From Clostridia bacterium (lineage in GTDB: Bacteria; Bacillota; Clostridia; Christensenellales; CAG-917): 64,000 bases of DNA. Every line of letters begins with the position of its first letter. Within the stretch, counting starts at the first letter, position 1. The notes under the pieces were generated by a model that made no database searches, was not told where the DNA came from, and saw only the letters and a program-made list of their open reading frames with translations. The stretch spans positions 23,587 through 87,586 of the forward strand of contig JAZLBO010000018.1 in the NCBI GenBank assembly GCA_045613765.1, given 5' to 3'. Below, in pieces: positions 12,998 to 22,092 of this stretch. Both the position numbers and the translations under genes were made by a program.

Positions 12998-13240
12998 ATG
13001 CGTATCGACAAGTTTTTGAAAGTATCAAGAGTGATAAAAAGACGTTCCGTGGCAGCAGATGCCTGTGACGGTGGACGTATTGAAATAAACGGAAAAGTTG
13101 CAAAACCGTCAAAAGACGTCAAAATCGGCGATATTGTGCAAGTGTCATTTGGCAACAATACACTGAGATTTGAAGTCCTTGACATCAACGAAAAACAGAC
13201 CAAACAATCTGCAGAAAACATGTATAGAGTGCTGGAATAA
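12998..13240 (+). CDS. S4-domain RNA-binding protein (YabO/RqcP-like)
   Basis: MRIDKFLKVSRVIKRRSVAADACDGGRIEINGKVAKPSKDVKIGD. Confidence 0.9.
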   Translation: MRIDKFLKVSRVIKRRSVAADACDGGRIEINGKVAKPSKDVKIGDIVQVSFGNNTLRFEVLDINEKQTKQSAENMYRVLE

Positions 13241-13275
13241 GACACAAAATCCAAAACACACAAGGGCTTTATCTT

Positions 13276-14547
13276 ATGAAAAAAACTATTTTTTTGCTCG
13301 TTCTTATCCTTATAATATCTGCTTCGCTTATGGCAGTATTTTTCGGTTGCGCCCCGCAATGCGTTGACCCCACCGACCCCACAACCTCATCTCTCGCATT
13401 TTCTATCAACAGCACGGCGGCAAAAAAACTGAGCATTGTCTGCAATGATCAATCTCTTGATGCCATCACGCAAATCGTCAAAGATGCCATATACGACAAT
13501 TGTGGATATGCCGTTCCCGTTGTCACAGACGAAGAAATCAAATCCGTAGAAAAAGCCATTTACATAGGCGATTCTGCACATATAGACGTTGATTCCGTTG
13601 ACAAGGCACTCTTGCCAGTCGCCGACAAGGAATTTAGTTTTATAGTATTAGATGACGCATTTTGGCTTAAAGCCAACACCTCTGTTGGATATTATAACGG
13701 GGCATCTATGTTTGCTCGCCGTTTGTCACAATCAAGCGACAAAGGCATTGGTATCTTGTCCAAAAAGCATACCGGCAACGATATATTGACTGCTATGAGT
13801 TTCAATCTTATGGCAGGTGTTCAAGCCGGAGATGAAAGAGTTGACCACGTTGTAGATACCATTTTGAAGTATAAACCCTCTGTCATTGGCGTACAAGAAG
13901 CCACCGATGTTTGGATGGATATGCTTCGCCAAAAGTTGGGGGATATATATGGCATCGTTGGAGTTGGAAGAAATGCAAATTGCAAAGACGAGCATAGCGC
14001 AATCCTTTATCTTGCAGAAGACTTTGATTTGATCACAAGTGGAACAAAATGGCTCTCAAAAACTCCCGATGTTCCAGGCTCCAAACTGCCTGAATCACAC
14101 TATACTCGCATTATGACCTATGCCCTACTCTCTCGCAAGAGTGATGAAAAGCAATTCTTGCACGTCAACACGCATCTTGACTACGGCACAACCACCACTG
14201 AGGAACAAACCAAAGTTGCACAAGTGCAGACAATGTTTGACATAATAAACTCATTGCCCAATGCCCCCACAATCATCACGGGAGATTTCAACGCAACGGT
14301 TGGCACGCCTGCCTATGACAAGATGGTTAATGCAAACTATATTGACTCTGCAGAACATATCCCATCAAGACTCCGTATGCCCACATATCACGGCTTGAGA
14401 GGCACAACGGGTGCACCAAGACACATTGACTACATATTCACAACAAAAGACTTTTCCAGTGCATACTATCGTATCTGCACTGAGGGTGTAAATGGCAAGG
14501 ACGTGTCAGATCACTTCCCAATCTTTGCAGTGCTAAACATTGACTAA
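13276..14547 (+). CDS. Lipoprotein with endonuclease/exonuclease/phosphatase (EEP) domain
   Basis: Signal peptide ending in VFFG-C; EEP motifs MSFNL, IGVQE, NTHLD, ITGDFN, IDYIF, SDHFP. Confidence 0.85.
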   Translation: MKKTIFLLVLILIISASLMAVFFGCAPQCVDPTDPTTSSLAFSINSTAAKKLSIVCNDQSLDAITQIVKDAIYDNCGYAVPVVTDEEIKSVEKAIYIGDSAHIDVDSVDKALLPVADKEFSFIVLDDAFWLKANTSVGYYNGASMFARRLSQSSDKGIGILSKKHTGNDILTAMSFNLMAGVQAGDERVDHVVDTILKYKPSVIGVQEATDVWMDMLRQKLGDIYGIVGVGRNANCKDEHSAILYLAEDFDLITSGTKWLSKTPDVPGSKLPESHYTRIMTYALLSRKSDEKQFLHVNTHLDYGTTTTEEQTKVAQVQTMFDIINSLPNAPTIITGDFNATVGTPAYDKMVNANYIDSAEHIPSRLRMPTYHGLRGTTGAPRHIDYIFTTKDFSSAYYRICTEGVNGKDVSDHFPIFAVLNID

Positions 14548-14574
14548 ATACTTGCACAATTTCTCAATACAAAG

Positions 14575-14605
14575 AAAAAAACCGTCATTGCAAGACGGTT
14601 TTTTT
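14575..14605. terminator. Bidirectional intrinsic terminator
   Basis: AAAAAAACCGTC-attgcaa-GACGGTTTTTTT between convergent genes. Confidence 0.8.
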
Positions 14606-14619
14606 ATTATTTTTTTGTT

Positions 14620-15072
14620 CTATTCTTTATAAAATGGGTTTTTGTATTTTGCTCCACATTCAGCACAAATCAATGTAGCACCACTGTCTTCTCTTTCAAT
14701 TTCTGCACCACATTTGGGACAAGGCACTGTGTTTGATTCAAGTTTGATTACATTTCTGTTTTTGATTTCAGTTGCAAGATCATTGCTCTTTTTTGCAAGA
14801 GCACCGACAATGAGTCCTGCGATTGCCATATTGGTTATGTGTTTCATCAACATCATAGCAAACTGTATTTGATATGGACGTGTTACTTCATTGAATTCAA
14901 TATAATCGACATATTTGCCACTTTCTCTCAATTCTTCCATAGCATCGGCAATATTGATGGTGCAACAGACAAACAACACAATTGTCAATGCAAGCACGAT
15001 ACAAGCAACAACAACTTTTGCATTGCTTTTTGCCAACTGGCTTTTTTGTTCTTTCAAGTTAATCTTTTCCAT
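14620..15072 (-). CDS. Hypothetical membrane protein with C-terminal zinc ribbon
   Basis: Two hydrophobic segments; CPKC...CAEC; GAGGTG RBS. Confidence 0.75.
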   Translation of the reverse strand: MEKINLKEQKSQLAKSNAKVVVACIVLALTIVLFVCCTINIADAMEELRESGKYVDYIEFNEVTRPYQIQFAMMLMKHITNMAIAGLIVGALAKKSNDLATEIKNRNVIKLESNTVPCPKCGAEIEREDSGATLICAECGAKYKNPFYKE

Positions 15073-15102
15073 AACTCACCTCAAATTTTATTTGATGCCA
15101 AA

Positions 15103-15157
15103 ATTATAAATCGCACAATGTACGATTGTCAAGATAAAAATCGTATTATGGGCGATT
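15103..15157. promoter_or_regulatory. Promoter for the 14620-15072 gene overlapped by two AATCG-N9-CGATT operator-like palindromes
   Basis: Minus-strand TTGACA (15127-32) - 18 nt - TATAAT (15103-08); palindromes at 15109-15127 and 15139-15157. Confidence 0.6.
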
Positions 15158-15165
15158 ATATATGT

Positions 15166-15393
15166 ATGGATATGAAAGATTTAAATTTGCAAAACATACA
15201 AAAAAGATTGCGCACTGCCATCAAAGAAAGTGGAATTCCCCAAAAGGAAATAGCGCTGCGTATTGGCGTGTCTGCCCAAACGGTGTCTAAGTATATGAAG
15301 ACGGACGTTTTCCCTGCTCTTGACACCCTTGCAAAGTTGTGTGCAGTCATTGACGTAAGTGCCGACCATATTCTTGGTATTGAAGAAAAATAA
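15166..15393 (+). CDS. XRE-family helix-turn-helix regulator
   Basis: RLRTAIKESGIPQKEIALRIGVSAQTVSKY...PALDTLAKLCAVIDVSADHILG. The true start is within the longer 14839 ORF call. Confidence 0.88.
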   Translation: MDMKDLNLQNIQKRLRTAIKESGIPQKEIALRIGVSAQTVSKYMKTDVFPALDTLAKLCAVIDVSADHILGIEEK

Positions 15394-15432
15394 TATTGCA
15401 GACCTTGTTGGTCTGCTTTTATTTTATATAAT

Positions 15433-15473
15433 CCACAATGCACTGCAAAGTGCAATTCATGGAACGAAGTGAG
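15433..15473 (+). repeat. Short copy of the CCACAATG mini-hairpin array
   Basis: CCACAA-TGCACTGCAAAGTGCA-ATTCA-TGGAACGAAGTGAG; near-exact reverse complement of 43029-43068. Confidence 0.75.
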
Positions 15474-15853
15474 TGCGAACATATCAATTTAGGATTCCCC
15501 CTTCCTCATGTGTTTCCCCCCATTTGCCTACGGCAAAGCCCTACGGGCAGGGGCACTCGACGCGATTGACTTCGTAGCAATCGCTATTCCGTCACTTTGT
15601 TCCTTACGGCACGCGCACATTAAGGATATTCCTCCCATTATGCCACTTGCCACTTGGGTGGGAAAAACAGGATTCCCAAGTGGCTGGCGTACTCTCGTCT
15701 GGTGCTTGGCACTCGCTATGTAGGAGTGTGTGGCGACGCGATTATAAATCGCTATTCCGTCGCACACTCCTTACCCGTTCCGTCTTCGAATAAGTGAGTG
15801 CTTGTATAAGTACCCACGCTCATGCCGTAAAGAGTTATCACTTATACCATACA

Positions 15854-15878
15854 GTAGGGGCGATTCGTGAATCGCCCG
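15854..15878 (+). repeat. GTAG-type REP
   Basis: GTAG-GGGCGATTC-GT-GAATCGCCC-G; related copies at 43254 and 43381. Confidence 0.8.
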
Positions 15879-15945
15879 CTAAAATACAACCAAATTCATT
15901 CAAACTTATTGCAATCAAAATTGACAAAATCCTTGTTTTACAATG

Positions 15946-15975
15946 CAAAAAGCAGACCTTAAAGGTCTGCTTTTG
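15946..15975 (-). terminator. Intrinsic terminator
   Basis: AAAAGCAGACCTT-a-AAGGTCTGCTTTT. Confidence 0.75.
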
Positions 15976-15995
15976 TTGTTTGGTGTTGTTTATGC

Positions 15996-16325
15996 TTATT
16001 CTTCGGTTTGAGCAGTTTGCTCAATTTCTTCTGTTTGGGTGGGTTGTTCTACTTCTGCCTGCACTGCACTATTCAACTTGGCTTGCTTGTTGATTTTGGC
16101 GAGTTTGACGGAGCACAAAATCAAGAAAGTCAGTGCCGTGATTGACACTATGATTGCTGCCAAAAGCATTGCCAAAAGTTTGCCAGCATCTCCGTTGAAA
16201 CCTTCTTCATTTAATCCTACTGCCAATGCCAGTGCCACTGTAAACAAAAACGTGCCGTATCCACTGACGGGAAGCACCAATGCAGAAATTACTATGCCAA
16301 CTATATGTTTTACTTTTCCTTTCAT
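15996..16325 (-). CDS. Small hypothetical membrane protein (2 TM, acidic tail)
   Basis: GGAGG RBS, two hydrophobic helices. Confidence 0.7.
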   Translation of the reverse strand: MKGKVKHIVGIVISALVLPVSGYGTFLFTVALALAVGLNEEGFNGDAGKLLAMLLAAIIVSITALTFLILCSVKLAKINKQAKLNSAVQAEVEQPTQTEEIEQTAQTEE

Positions 16326-16467
16326 AGAAATATCCTCCTATGTTGCTACTGAAAATATATCACACTTTCTCTTTTCCGTCAATACGACAAAATTTTCCAC
16401 CATAACAAATTTTGCATCTTGACCTTATGGCACTTTCAGTGTACTCTATATATAGTATGAGGTGATT

Positions 16468-17595
16468 ATGAAATCAATCAATGTCATCATCCCTGCTGCC
16501 GGCACAAGCCAAAGGTACGGAGATGAAAAAAACAAACTCTTTGAAAAGTGTGGCAAAGGTTGCGTGTTGACCGAAGCCATAACCCCTTTCCTATCCTTCC
16601 AAGAAGTGAGCAAAGTCATTGTATCCATCAACTCTTCCTTCTTTGACGAAGTTATGGCGTGGATGAGCATCACTCATCTTGATGAAGATGATAGGATCAC
16701 TTTGGCAATCGGTGGAGAAACAAGGACAGAAACCGTCAAAGGTGCTTTGCGCTCTTTGACTGATGATTGCACTCATGTACTTATCCACGATGGCGCAAGA
16801 CCTTTTGTGTCTGCAGACCTTATTGGCAGAGTTATATCTGCCCTTGACACCCACAAAGGTGCAGTGGCACTTCTTCCCCTTGTTGACAACGTGGCAGGGG
16901 TAACAAATGGCGTTCAACCCCTTGACAGAAATGACTATCGTCTTGTGCAAACACCTGCAGGCTTTGAAAAGGAACTTTTTGAAAAGGCATATTCATCAAC
17001 AACCACATCTTCCCTTGATGACTTGACCACTATCCGTGAAGTCTTTGATGGGGAAATCGCTCACGTTGAAGGGGAAAGAAAAAATAGAAAGATAACCCAC
17101 AAAGGCGACCTATCACAAAACAGAGTTGGTTGTGGATATGATATTCATCACACGGTAAAAGGGGACGGCATCACTCTCTGTGGCGTCAAGATCCCTTGCA
17201 AATTCTCTCTCGTTGCTCATAGTGACGGAGATGTACCCATCCACGCAATTATGGATGCAATCCTTTCTGCCATTGGCGAAAAGGATATTGGACACCACTT
17301 CCCCGTGGATGATCCCAAATACGATAATGCCGACAGTCTTGAACTCCTTGACACCGTTGTTGCAATGTGCCACAAAAAAGGTTATCAGGTGTGCAACGTG
17401 TCAGTGACAATCATTGCAGAAAGACCAAAACTTGCACCATACATTAATGAAATGCGCGCTCGCACGTGTGTGCGCTTGGGCGTGCCAGAAGATTGTGTGG
17501 GCATCTCTGCCACCACCAACGAACAGGTTGGAGAAATCGGCAAAGGAAAAGGAATAGGAGCATACGCCACCGTCTTGCTCGTGCCAATGGAATAG
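16468..17595 (+). CDS. ispDF: Bifunctional IspD/IspF
   Basis: IIPAAGTSQR...K, VLIHDGARPF, VQTP; then RVGCGYDIH, HSDGDV, DIGHHFP, ATTNE. Confidence 0.92.
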   Translation: MKSINVIIPAAGTSQRYGDEKNKLFEKCGKGCVLTEAITPFLSFQEVSKVIVSINSSFFDEVMAWMSITHLDEDDRITLAIGGETRTETVKGALRSLTDDCTHVLIHDGARPFVSADLIGRVISALDTHKGAVALLPLVDNVAGVTNGVQPLDRNDYRLVQTPAGFEKELFEKAYSSTTTSSLDDLTTIREVFDGEIAHVEGERKNRKITHKGDLSQNRVGCGYDIHHTVKGDGITLCGVKIPCKFSLVAHSDGDVPIHAIMDAILSAIGEKDIGHHFPVDDPKYDNADSLELLDTVVAMCHKKGYQVCNVSVTIIAERPKLAPYINEMRARTCVRLGVPEDCVGISATTNEQVGEIGKGKGIGAYATVLLVPME

Positions 17596-17662
17596 ACGGA
17601 AAGACGCAAAAATCATATACAACAAACCACACAAAACATATTCATCAAATTACACGAATATC

Positions 17663-17693
17663 AAAAAACAACCACCCAAATGGTTGTTTTTTT
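17663..17693 (+). terminator. Intrinsic terminator after ispDF
   Basis: AAAAAACAACCA-cccaaa-TGGTTGTTTTTT. Confidence 0.7.
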
Positions 17694-17795
17694 ATTTACG
17701 TAAATGCCCTATCTTTCCACAAAACCCACACTTTATGCGCTTTATTTTACACCATAAACATATTTTTGTGTGACTTAAATACAGTTTTTGCAAAT

Positions 17796-17826
17796 AAAAA
17801 AGGCACTCGTTGAGAGTGCCTTTTTG
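17796..17826 (-). terminator. Intrinsic terminator after the membrane-protein pair
   Basis: AAAAAAGGCACTC-gttga-GAGTGCCTTTTT. Confidence 0.8.
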
Positions 17827-17841
17827 TGTGTTTATTTGCTT

Positions 17842-19695
17842 TTAGGCGAGTTCAGGTGCATCTTGTGCGTCTTCTTGAAGGATTGCGTCAACTTCATCTG
17901 CAGGATCACATTCACAGACGTTTTCACAGTCGCACACGCAGTCTTCTGTTTCTGCGCAGTTGCAGTCACAATCACAGTCTCCGTCGCAATCACAGTCACA
18001 GCCTTTGGCTTGTGCCAACTCCTTCTTTCTTTCTTCAAGAAGTGAGTCAATGAAGCCGATTGCAAGGATCATAACCATTATGACTGCTGCAAAGATGTAG
18101 AGATAGTTTCTCAATGACACAACGCCACAAGTTCCAAGGAGAAGGTTGCCCATTTCAAGCCAACTCATATATTGGTAGCCAATATATCCGTACTTCATAC
18201 CCAAGGGGTAGAGTGTTGCTGCGATTGCACCTTCGTCTGTGACATAGATGTTGACATAGAGTTTTTGTCCGTCTGCAACTGTTGCCACAACGCCGTTGGT
18301 AAGACCTTCAACAAGAAGATCTTCAATGTTGCCGCTTTGAGTGCTGAGAATTGTGTTGAGAAGGTCTGTCACGTCGGGCATATTGAGCATTTCTGCAAGG
18401 TTGATTTCTGCAAGGGGCATAGGTTCGCCAAGCAAGTCGAGAAGACACCATGTGTATGCTGTGTCAACGTGGCCTGTTTCGTATGCATAATAGTAGTTGC
18501 CGTCATCTGCAAGGAAGATTTCCTTACCTTTGCCGTTTTCGTCAAATTCGCCCTTATATTGTTTTGCGATTTCGGGCAAATATTGATATGACATAAATCC
18601 GTCATAGCCCACGATTGTCTTGCCATCTTCGCCGTAAATGGGTTGTGTGTAGTTGTATGAATCGTTGAGGAACATACGGATGACGGAAGGTGTTGTCATA
18701 CGATTGTTGGTGGCAAGTGCAATGCCGATATCTTCTGTGATGGGCATATAGCCGTCCATGTCTTGTGTTGCATAGTTTTGACCAAAGATTTGTGTCAATT
18801 TTTCATTGCCTGTGCAACCGAGTGCACCAAGACTGTTGGTCTTGAAACCTTCTTTGCAGAGTTTTGCATAAGTGTCACTGTATGCATCAACAAGTGCAAG
18901 GCAGTATGCCTTTCTGCTGACGTTGGCTTTGAGTGCATAGTCATAGTCCATCAACACGTAGTGTTCATAGATGAAATCATAGAGTTCACGATCAAGTTCT
19001 GTATATCTTTCACTCTTTGAAACTGTATTGTTGTATTCGCCAAACCAGTATTCTTCAAATACGTCAAATGCTTTGACACCCTTTTCGCTTGCATAAGCAA
19101 GGAGATCTTCGTCCTTTGCGATTGCATTGGTTGCAGATTTGGTTGCTTCATCTGCTTTGACGTTTTCATAAGCCAACTCCCCGTCATAGTTGCCGTTGAG
19201 CATGTTAAGGCCAATATAAAGGTGGATATAATCTTCGATTATTCTTGATTCTTCAACACCTCTGTTGAACATATCTTCAACGTAGAGTGTGCCAAAAGTT
19301 GTCTTTGCAAGGATGTCAGGAAGACCAATGTCAAAGATGAGTGCAATGCCTGCTGTAAGGACAATACATACGACAAGCAAAATTGCTGTACGTTGCATAA
19401 TTGTACGCTTTGCTTTTTGTTTGTCTGTGTAGAGCCAGAAAGCCACACCACCAAAGATAAGGCCAAGGACTACCACAACGATTGCCGCCACGTAGGGCCA
19501 GAAGGTGTAGAAAGTCATGCCTTCGCCAATCTTAATGCAGTTGACCAACGTGATGATGAACAATGTGGGGAAAGTGAGTCCAAAGCACACGATTTTTGCT
19601 ATGCAAAGTGCCAGTTCTTTCTTGTCCATTTGAGGTATGTTTTTAATCTTTTGACCAAGATTTTTGAAACTTTGTGCCATATCAATCTTTTTCAT
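17842..19695 (-). CDS. Uncharacterised membrane protein (3 N-terminal TM, large loop, C-terminal TM, Cys/Asp-rich tail)
   Basis: Start MKKIDMAQ at 19695, directly after the upstream stop, with GGAGGTGG RBS; tail CDCDCDGDCDCDCNC...CVCDC...CEC. Confidence 0.85.
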   Translation of the reverse strand: MKKIDMAQSFKNLGQKIKNIPQMDKKELALCIAKIVCFGLTFPTLFIITLVNCIKIGEGMTFYTFWPYVAAIVVVVLGLIFGGVAFWLYTDKQKAKRTIMQRTAILLVVCIVLTAGIALIFDIGLPDILAKTTFGTLYVEDMFNRGVEESRIIEDYIHLYIGLNMLNGNYDGELAYENVKADEATKSATNAIAKDEDLLAYASEKGVKAFDVFEEYWFGEYNNTVSKSERYTELDRELYDFIYEHYVLMDYDYALKANVSRKAYCLALVDAYSDTYAKLCKEGFKTNSLGALGCTGNEKLTQIFGQNYATQDMDGYMPITEDIGIALATNNRMTTPSVIRMFLNDSYNYTQPIYGEDGKTIVGYDGFMSYQYLPEIAKQYKGEFDENGKGKEIFLADDGNYYYAYETGHVDTAYTWCLLDLLGEPMPLAEINLAEMLNMPDVTDLLNTILSTQSGNIEDLLVEGLTNGVVATVADGQKLYVNIYVTDEGAIAATLYPLGMKYGYIGYQYMSWLEMGNLLLGTCGVVSLRNYLYIFAAVIMVMILAIGFIDSLLEERKKELAQAKGCDCDCDGDCDCDCNCAETEDCVCDCENVCECDPADEVDAILQEDAQDAPELA

Positions 19696-19696
19696 T

Positions 19697-21844
19697 TTAT
19701 GCCACCTCCCCATTATTTTCTTCAACTTGTTCAACTTCTTCAAGTTGTTCAAGTTCTTCGACGTCTTCTTCATTGACTTCGTCAATGGGTGCTTCTTCAT
19801 CTTCCTTCTTCTTGGACTTCTTTGCCTTAGGTTCAATTTGACCTGTTGCCCAGAGAAGTTCCTTTTCTGCTGCCATATAACTCATAAGGGTGAAGAAGAT
19901 GATAAGGCCTGCAAATGTCATGAGCATATCTCTTGCGATAAGCACATTGTACATTTCGGGCTTGTATGAAAGGTCTGCTTGGAGTTGTTGTACTTGTTGA
20001 AGGGTTGTAATGTGTCCTGATGCAAGCATATCTGTGCCAAGACCGACACCGATACCGATAAGTTTACTGCCGACCAATGAGCCGTGGAAACTGCCTTCGT
20101 ATTCTGCTCTCTTATATCTTGCGTATGCTGCTTGATATTCCTTGATTGCCAAACTCTTTGAGCCTGCTACGTCGCTGAGTGTTTCGTCAACATAGTAGTT
20201 GTATTCGGGCTCAATGATGGGTGAGCGATACCAGTAGAGTGTTTCCAAGATGTCTGCCAAGAGATTTTCAAGGCTTTCAAGTGAGTTGTCATCTGCTGAT
20301 GCGCTGAATCCAACGAAAGTAAGGATTTCTGCGAGCATTTCGTTTTTGACGCCAAATGTGTCAAGGAGTTGTTTCACTGATGCTGTTGAGAAGTTTTCAT
20401 CAACGTCAATGGTCACTGTGCCTGAAACATTGGGGATATTGCTCATTGAAAGTGCCAAGTGGTCTGTAAATTCAATTGCCACAACAATGCCCATATAGTC
20501 GCCAAGGTTTGCTTGAAGGAAACCGTAGGTTTCGGGGAGCATACTGCCCAAGACCATGCCGAGAAGATCGCCAAGAGGCATTGACAAACTGCCATCAAGG
20601 AGAGATTGGACCATGGGGAGCAATCCTTCAAGGAGTTTTGCTTCGCCAACTGCTTTGCCAAGTTCTGCAAGGGCGCTGTTGAGTTCTGCGATTGTGAGAG
20701 AGTGACCTGCTGCATAGGATTTTTCTCTTTCCCACATCAACTTTTCTTCTTCGGTTGCGTTTGCGCCTGTATATCTTTCTTCAAGACGTACCAATGCTGC
20801 TTCTTCAATTTCCTTACGGAATGCTGCTTCATCAGTCTTGCCTGTCAACTTGAAGAGTTCTTTCATATCTGCTTCTGCTTGATAATATTCTTCAAGAATA
20901 TTAAGTGCAACTTCTACACTGAAAACATAGCCGTCTGCAAGCATACCGTTCTTGTTGTAGTATGCAGTACCATAGTAGCCGTCTGTTTCTTCTGCAGTTC
21001 TCTTGTCGCCATCATACCAAACACAACATTCAACGTTTTCGCTTGAATCGGGGCTGACTTGTTGCACGTATTTGACACAGAAGAAATTGCCCTTTACTTC
21101 AACGGGATTTTCGCCCTTGAAGTTTGTAAGAGTCAATGAATCTGCTTCAAAAGTGCCGTAAGGCTTGCTGAAAACATTGTTTTTGATGAGAATATGGTCA
21201 TAATCATCAATGACGCCGTCTGCATTGTAGTCGTAATTGAAATCGTCGTAGTGGAGACCTTCGTTTTCAAATGCACCTGCATTGCAGTGGAACATAAGTC
21301 CGTTGTAAGGGATGTTGTACACTGTGCATAATTCAAGAAGTTCTGCCTTCAATTCGTCGGTGTATGACACTTTCATTGTTGAACCATTTGTATTGGTTGC
21401 ACTTGTTTGTGTGCGATAGTATGAAAGATGTGTCTTGTAGTCTTTGACTACAACACCTTCGGGTGCTTCTGCTGCAAGTGTTTCAAGTTTTGCCGTATAA
21501 ACGCCGTCAATGATGAAGATGGGCAACAAAAGTATGACAAGCAAAATTGCCATAACCAGTGTCACTCTTGCATTTCTATTTTTGACAAAATAGTTGCAGA
21601 TGACTTGCACTACTGCTGCTGCAAGCCAAAGTGCCAAAGCAATCCAAATTGCATACATTGCAGGGGATGTGAACAAACTCTTGATTGCAATAAATTGACC
21701 TTCTGCAGGACCCATAAAAGGTGTGTGTCCGTAGTTTTGCATTGCAAGACCAAATACTGCAAGGAAGAAAAGTGGGAATCCCAAACAATAGAAGGCGATT
21801 TTCAACACGTGAAAAAGTTTTGCCTTTTTGACTCGTTGATCCAT
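19697..21844 (-). CDS. Uncharacterised membrane protein, distant paralog of the downstream gene
   Basis: 715-aa ORF, AAGGAGA RBS, same TM layout, acidic tail. Confidence 0.85.
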   Translation of the reverse strand: MDQRVKKAKLFHVLKIAFYCLGFPLFFLAVFGLAMQNYGHTPFMGPAEGQFIAIKSLFTSPAMYAIWIALALWLAAAVVQVICNYFVKNRNARVTLVMAILLVILLLPIFIIDGVYTAKLETLAAEAPEGVVVKDYKTHLSYYRTQTSATNTNGSTMKVSYTDELKAELLELCTVYNIPYNGLMFHCNAGAFENEGLHYDDFNYDYNADGVIDDYDHILIKNNVFSKPYGTFEADSLTLTNFKGENPVEVKGNFFCVKYVQQVSPDSSENVECCVWYDGDKRTAEETDGYYGTAYYNKNGMLADGYVFSVEVALNILEEYYQAEADMKELFKLTGKTDEAAFRKEIEEAALVRLEERYTGANATEEEKLMWEREKSYAAGHSLTIAELNSALAELGKAVGEAKLLEGLLPMVQSLLDGSLSMPLGDLLGMVLGSMLPETYGFLQANLGDYMGIVVAIEFTDHLALSMSNIPNVSGTVTIDVDENFSTASVKQLLDTFGVKNEMLAEILTFVGFSASADDNSLESLENLLADILETLYWYRSPIIEPEYNYYVDETLSDVAGSKSLAIKEYQAAYARYKRAEYEGSFHGSLVGSKLIGIGVGLGTDMLASGHITTLQQVQQLQADLSYKPEMYNVLIARDMLMTFAGLIIFFTLMSYMAAEKELLWATGQIEPKAKKSKKKEDEEAPIDEVNEEDVEELEQLEEVEQVEENNGEVA

Positions 21845-21930
21845 AATTTCTCCTTTATCGCAGGGCGTATAATACGCGCGCCTGCATTAAAAATCTATAA
21901 ATATTACTTTTATAGCAATACCTACGAAAC

Positions 21931-21959
21931 ATTATAACAAAGGGTGTGATTTTTTTCAA
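21931..21959 (-). promoter_or_regulatory. Putative sigma-A promoter of the membrane-protein pair
   Basis: TTGAAA-17 nt-TATAAT. Confidence 0.55.
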
Positions 21960-22092
21960 GACGATTTCCACTATTTTTAAGGTTTTTTAAGGGTTTTTTT
22001 AACAAAATTTATAAATCTGAGAATATGTTGTATTGCAATTATGAAAAGTAGTGGTATAATATCCACAATCTATGTTGAAATTTGGAGGGGTT

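Noticed and set aside
14839-15165. N-terminal extension of the XRE ORF (similar extensions at 24845, 19836, 45692, 41801, 58645)
   Set aside because: They overlap neighbouring genes or promoters; downstream ATGs fit the RBS and family length better.
15735-15770. Group II intron 5' end (GTGCGACG on the minus strand)
   Set aside because: It is part of a local hairpin; no domain V/VI or reverse transcriptase ORF found.
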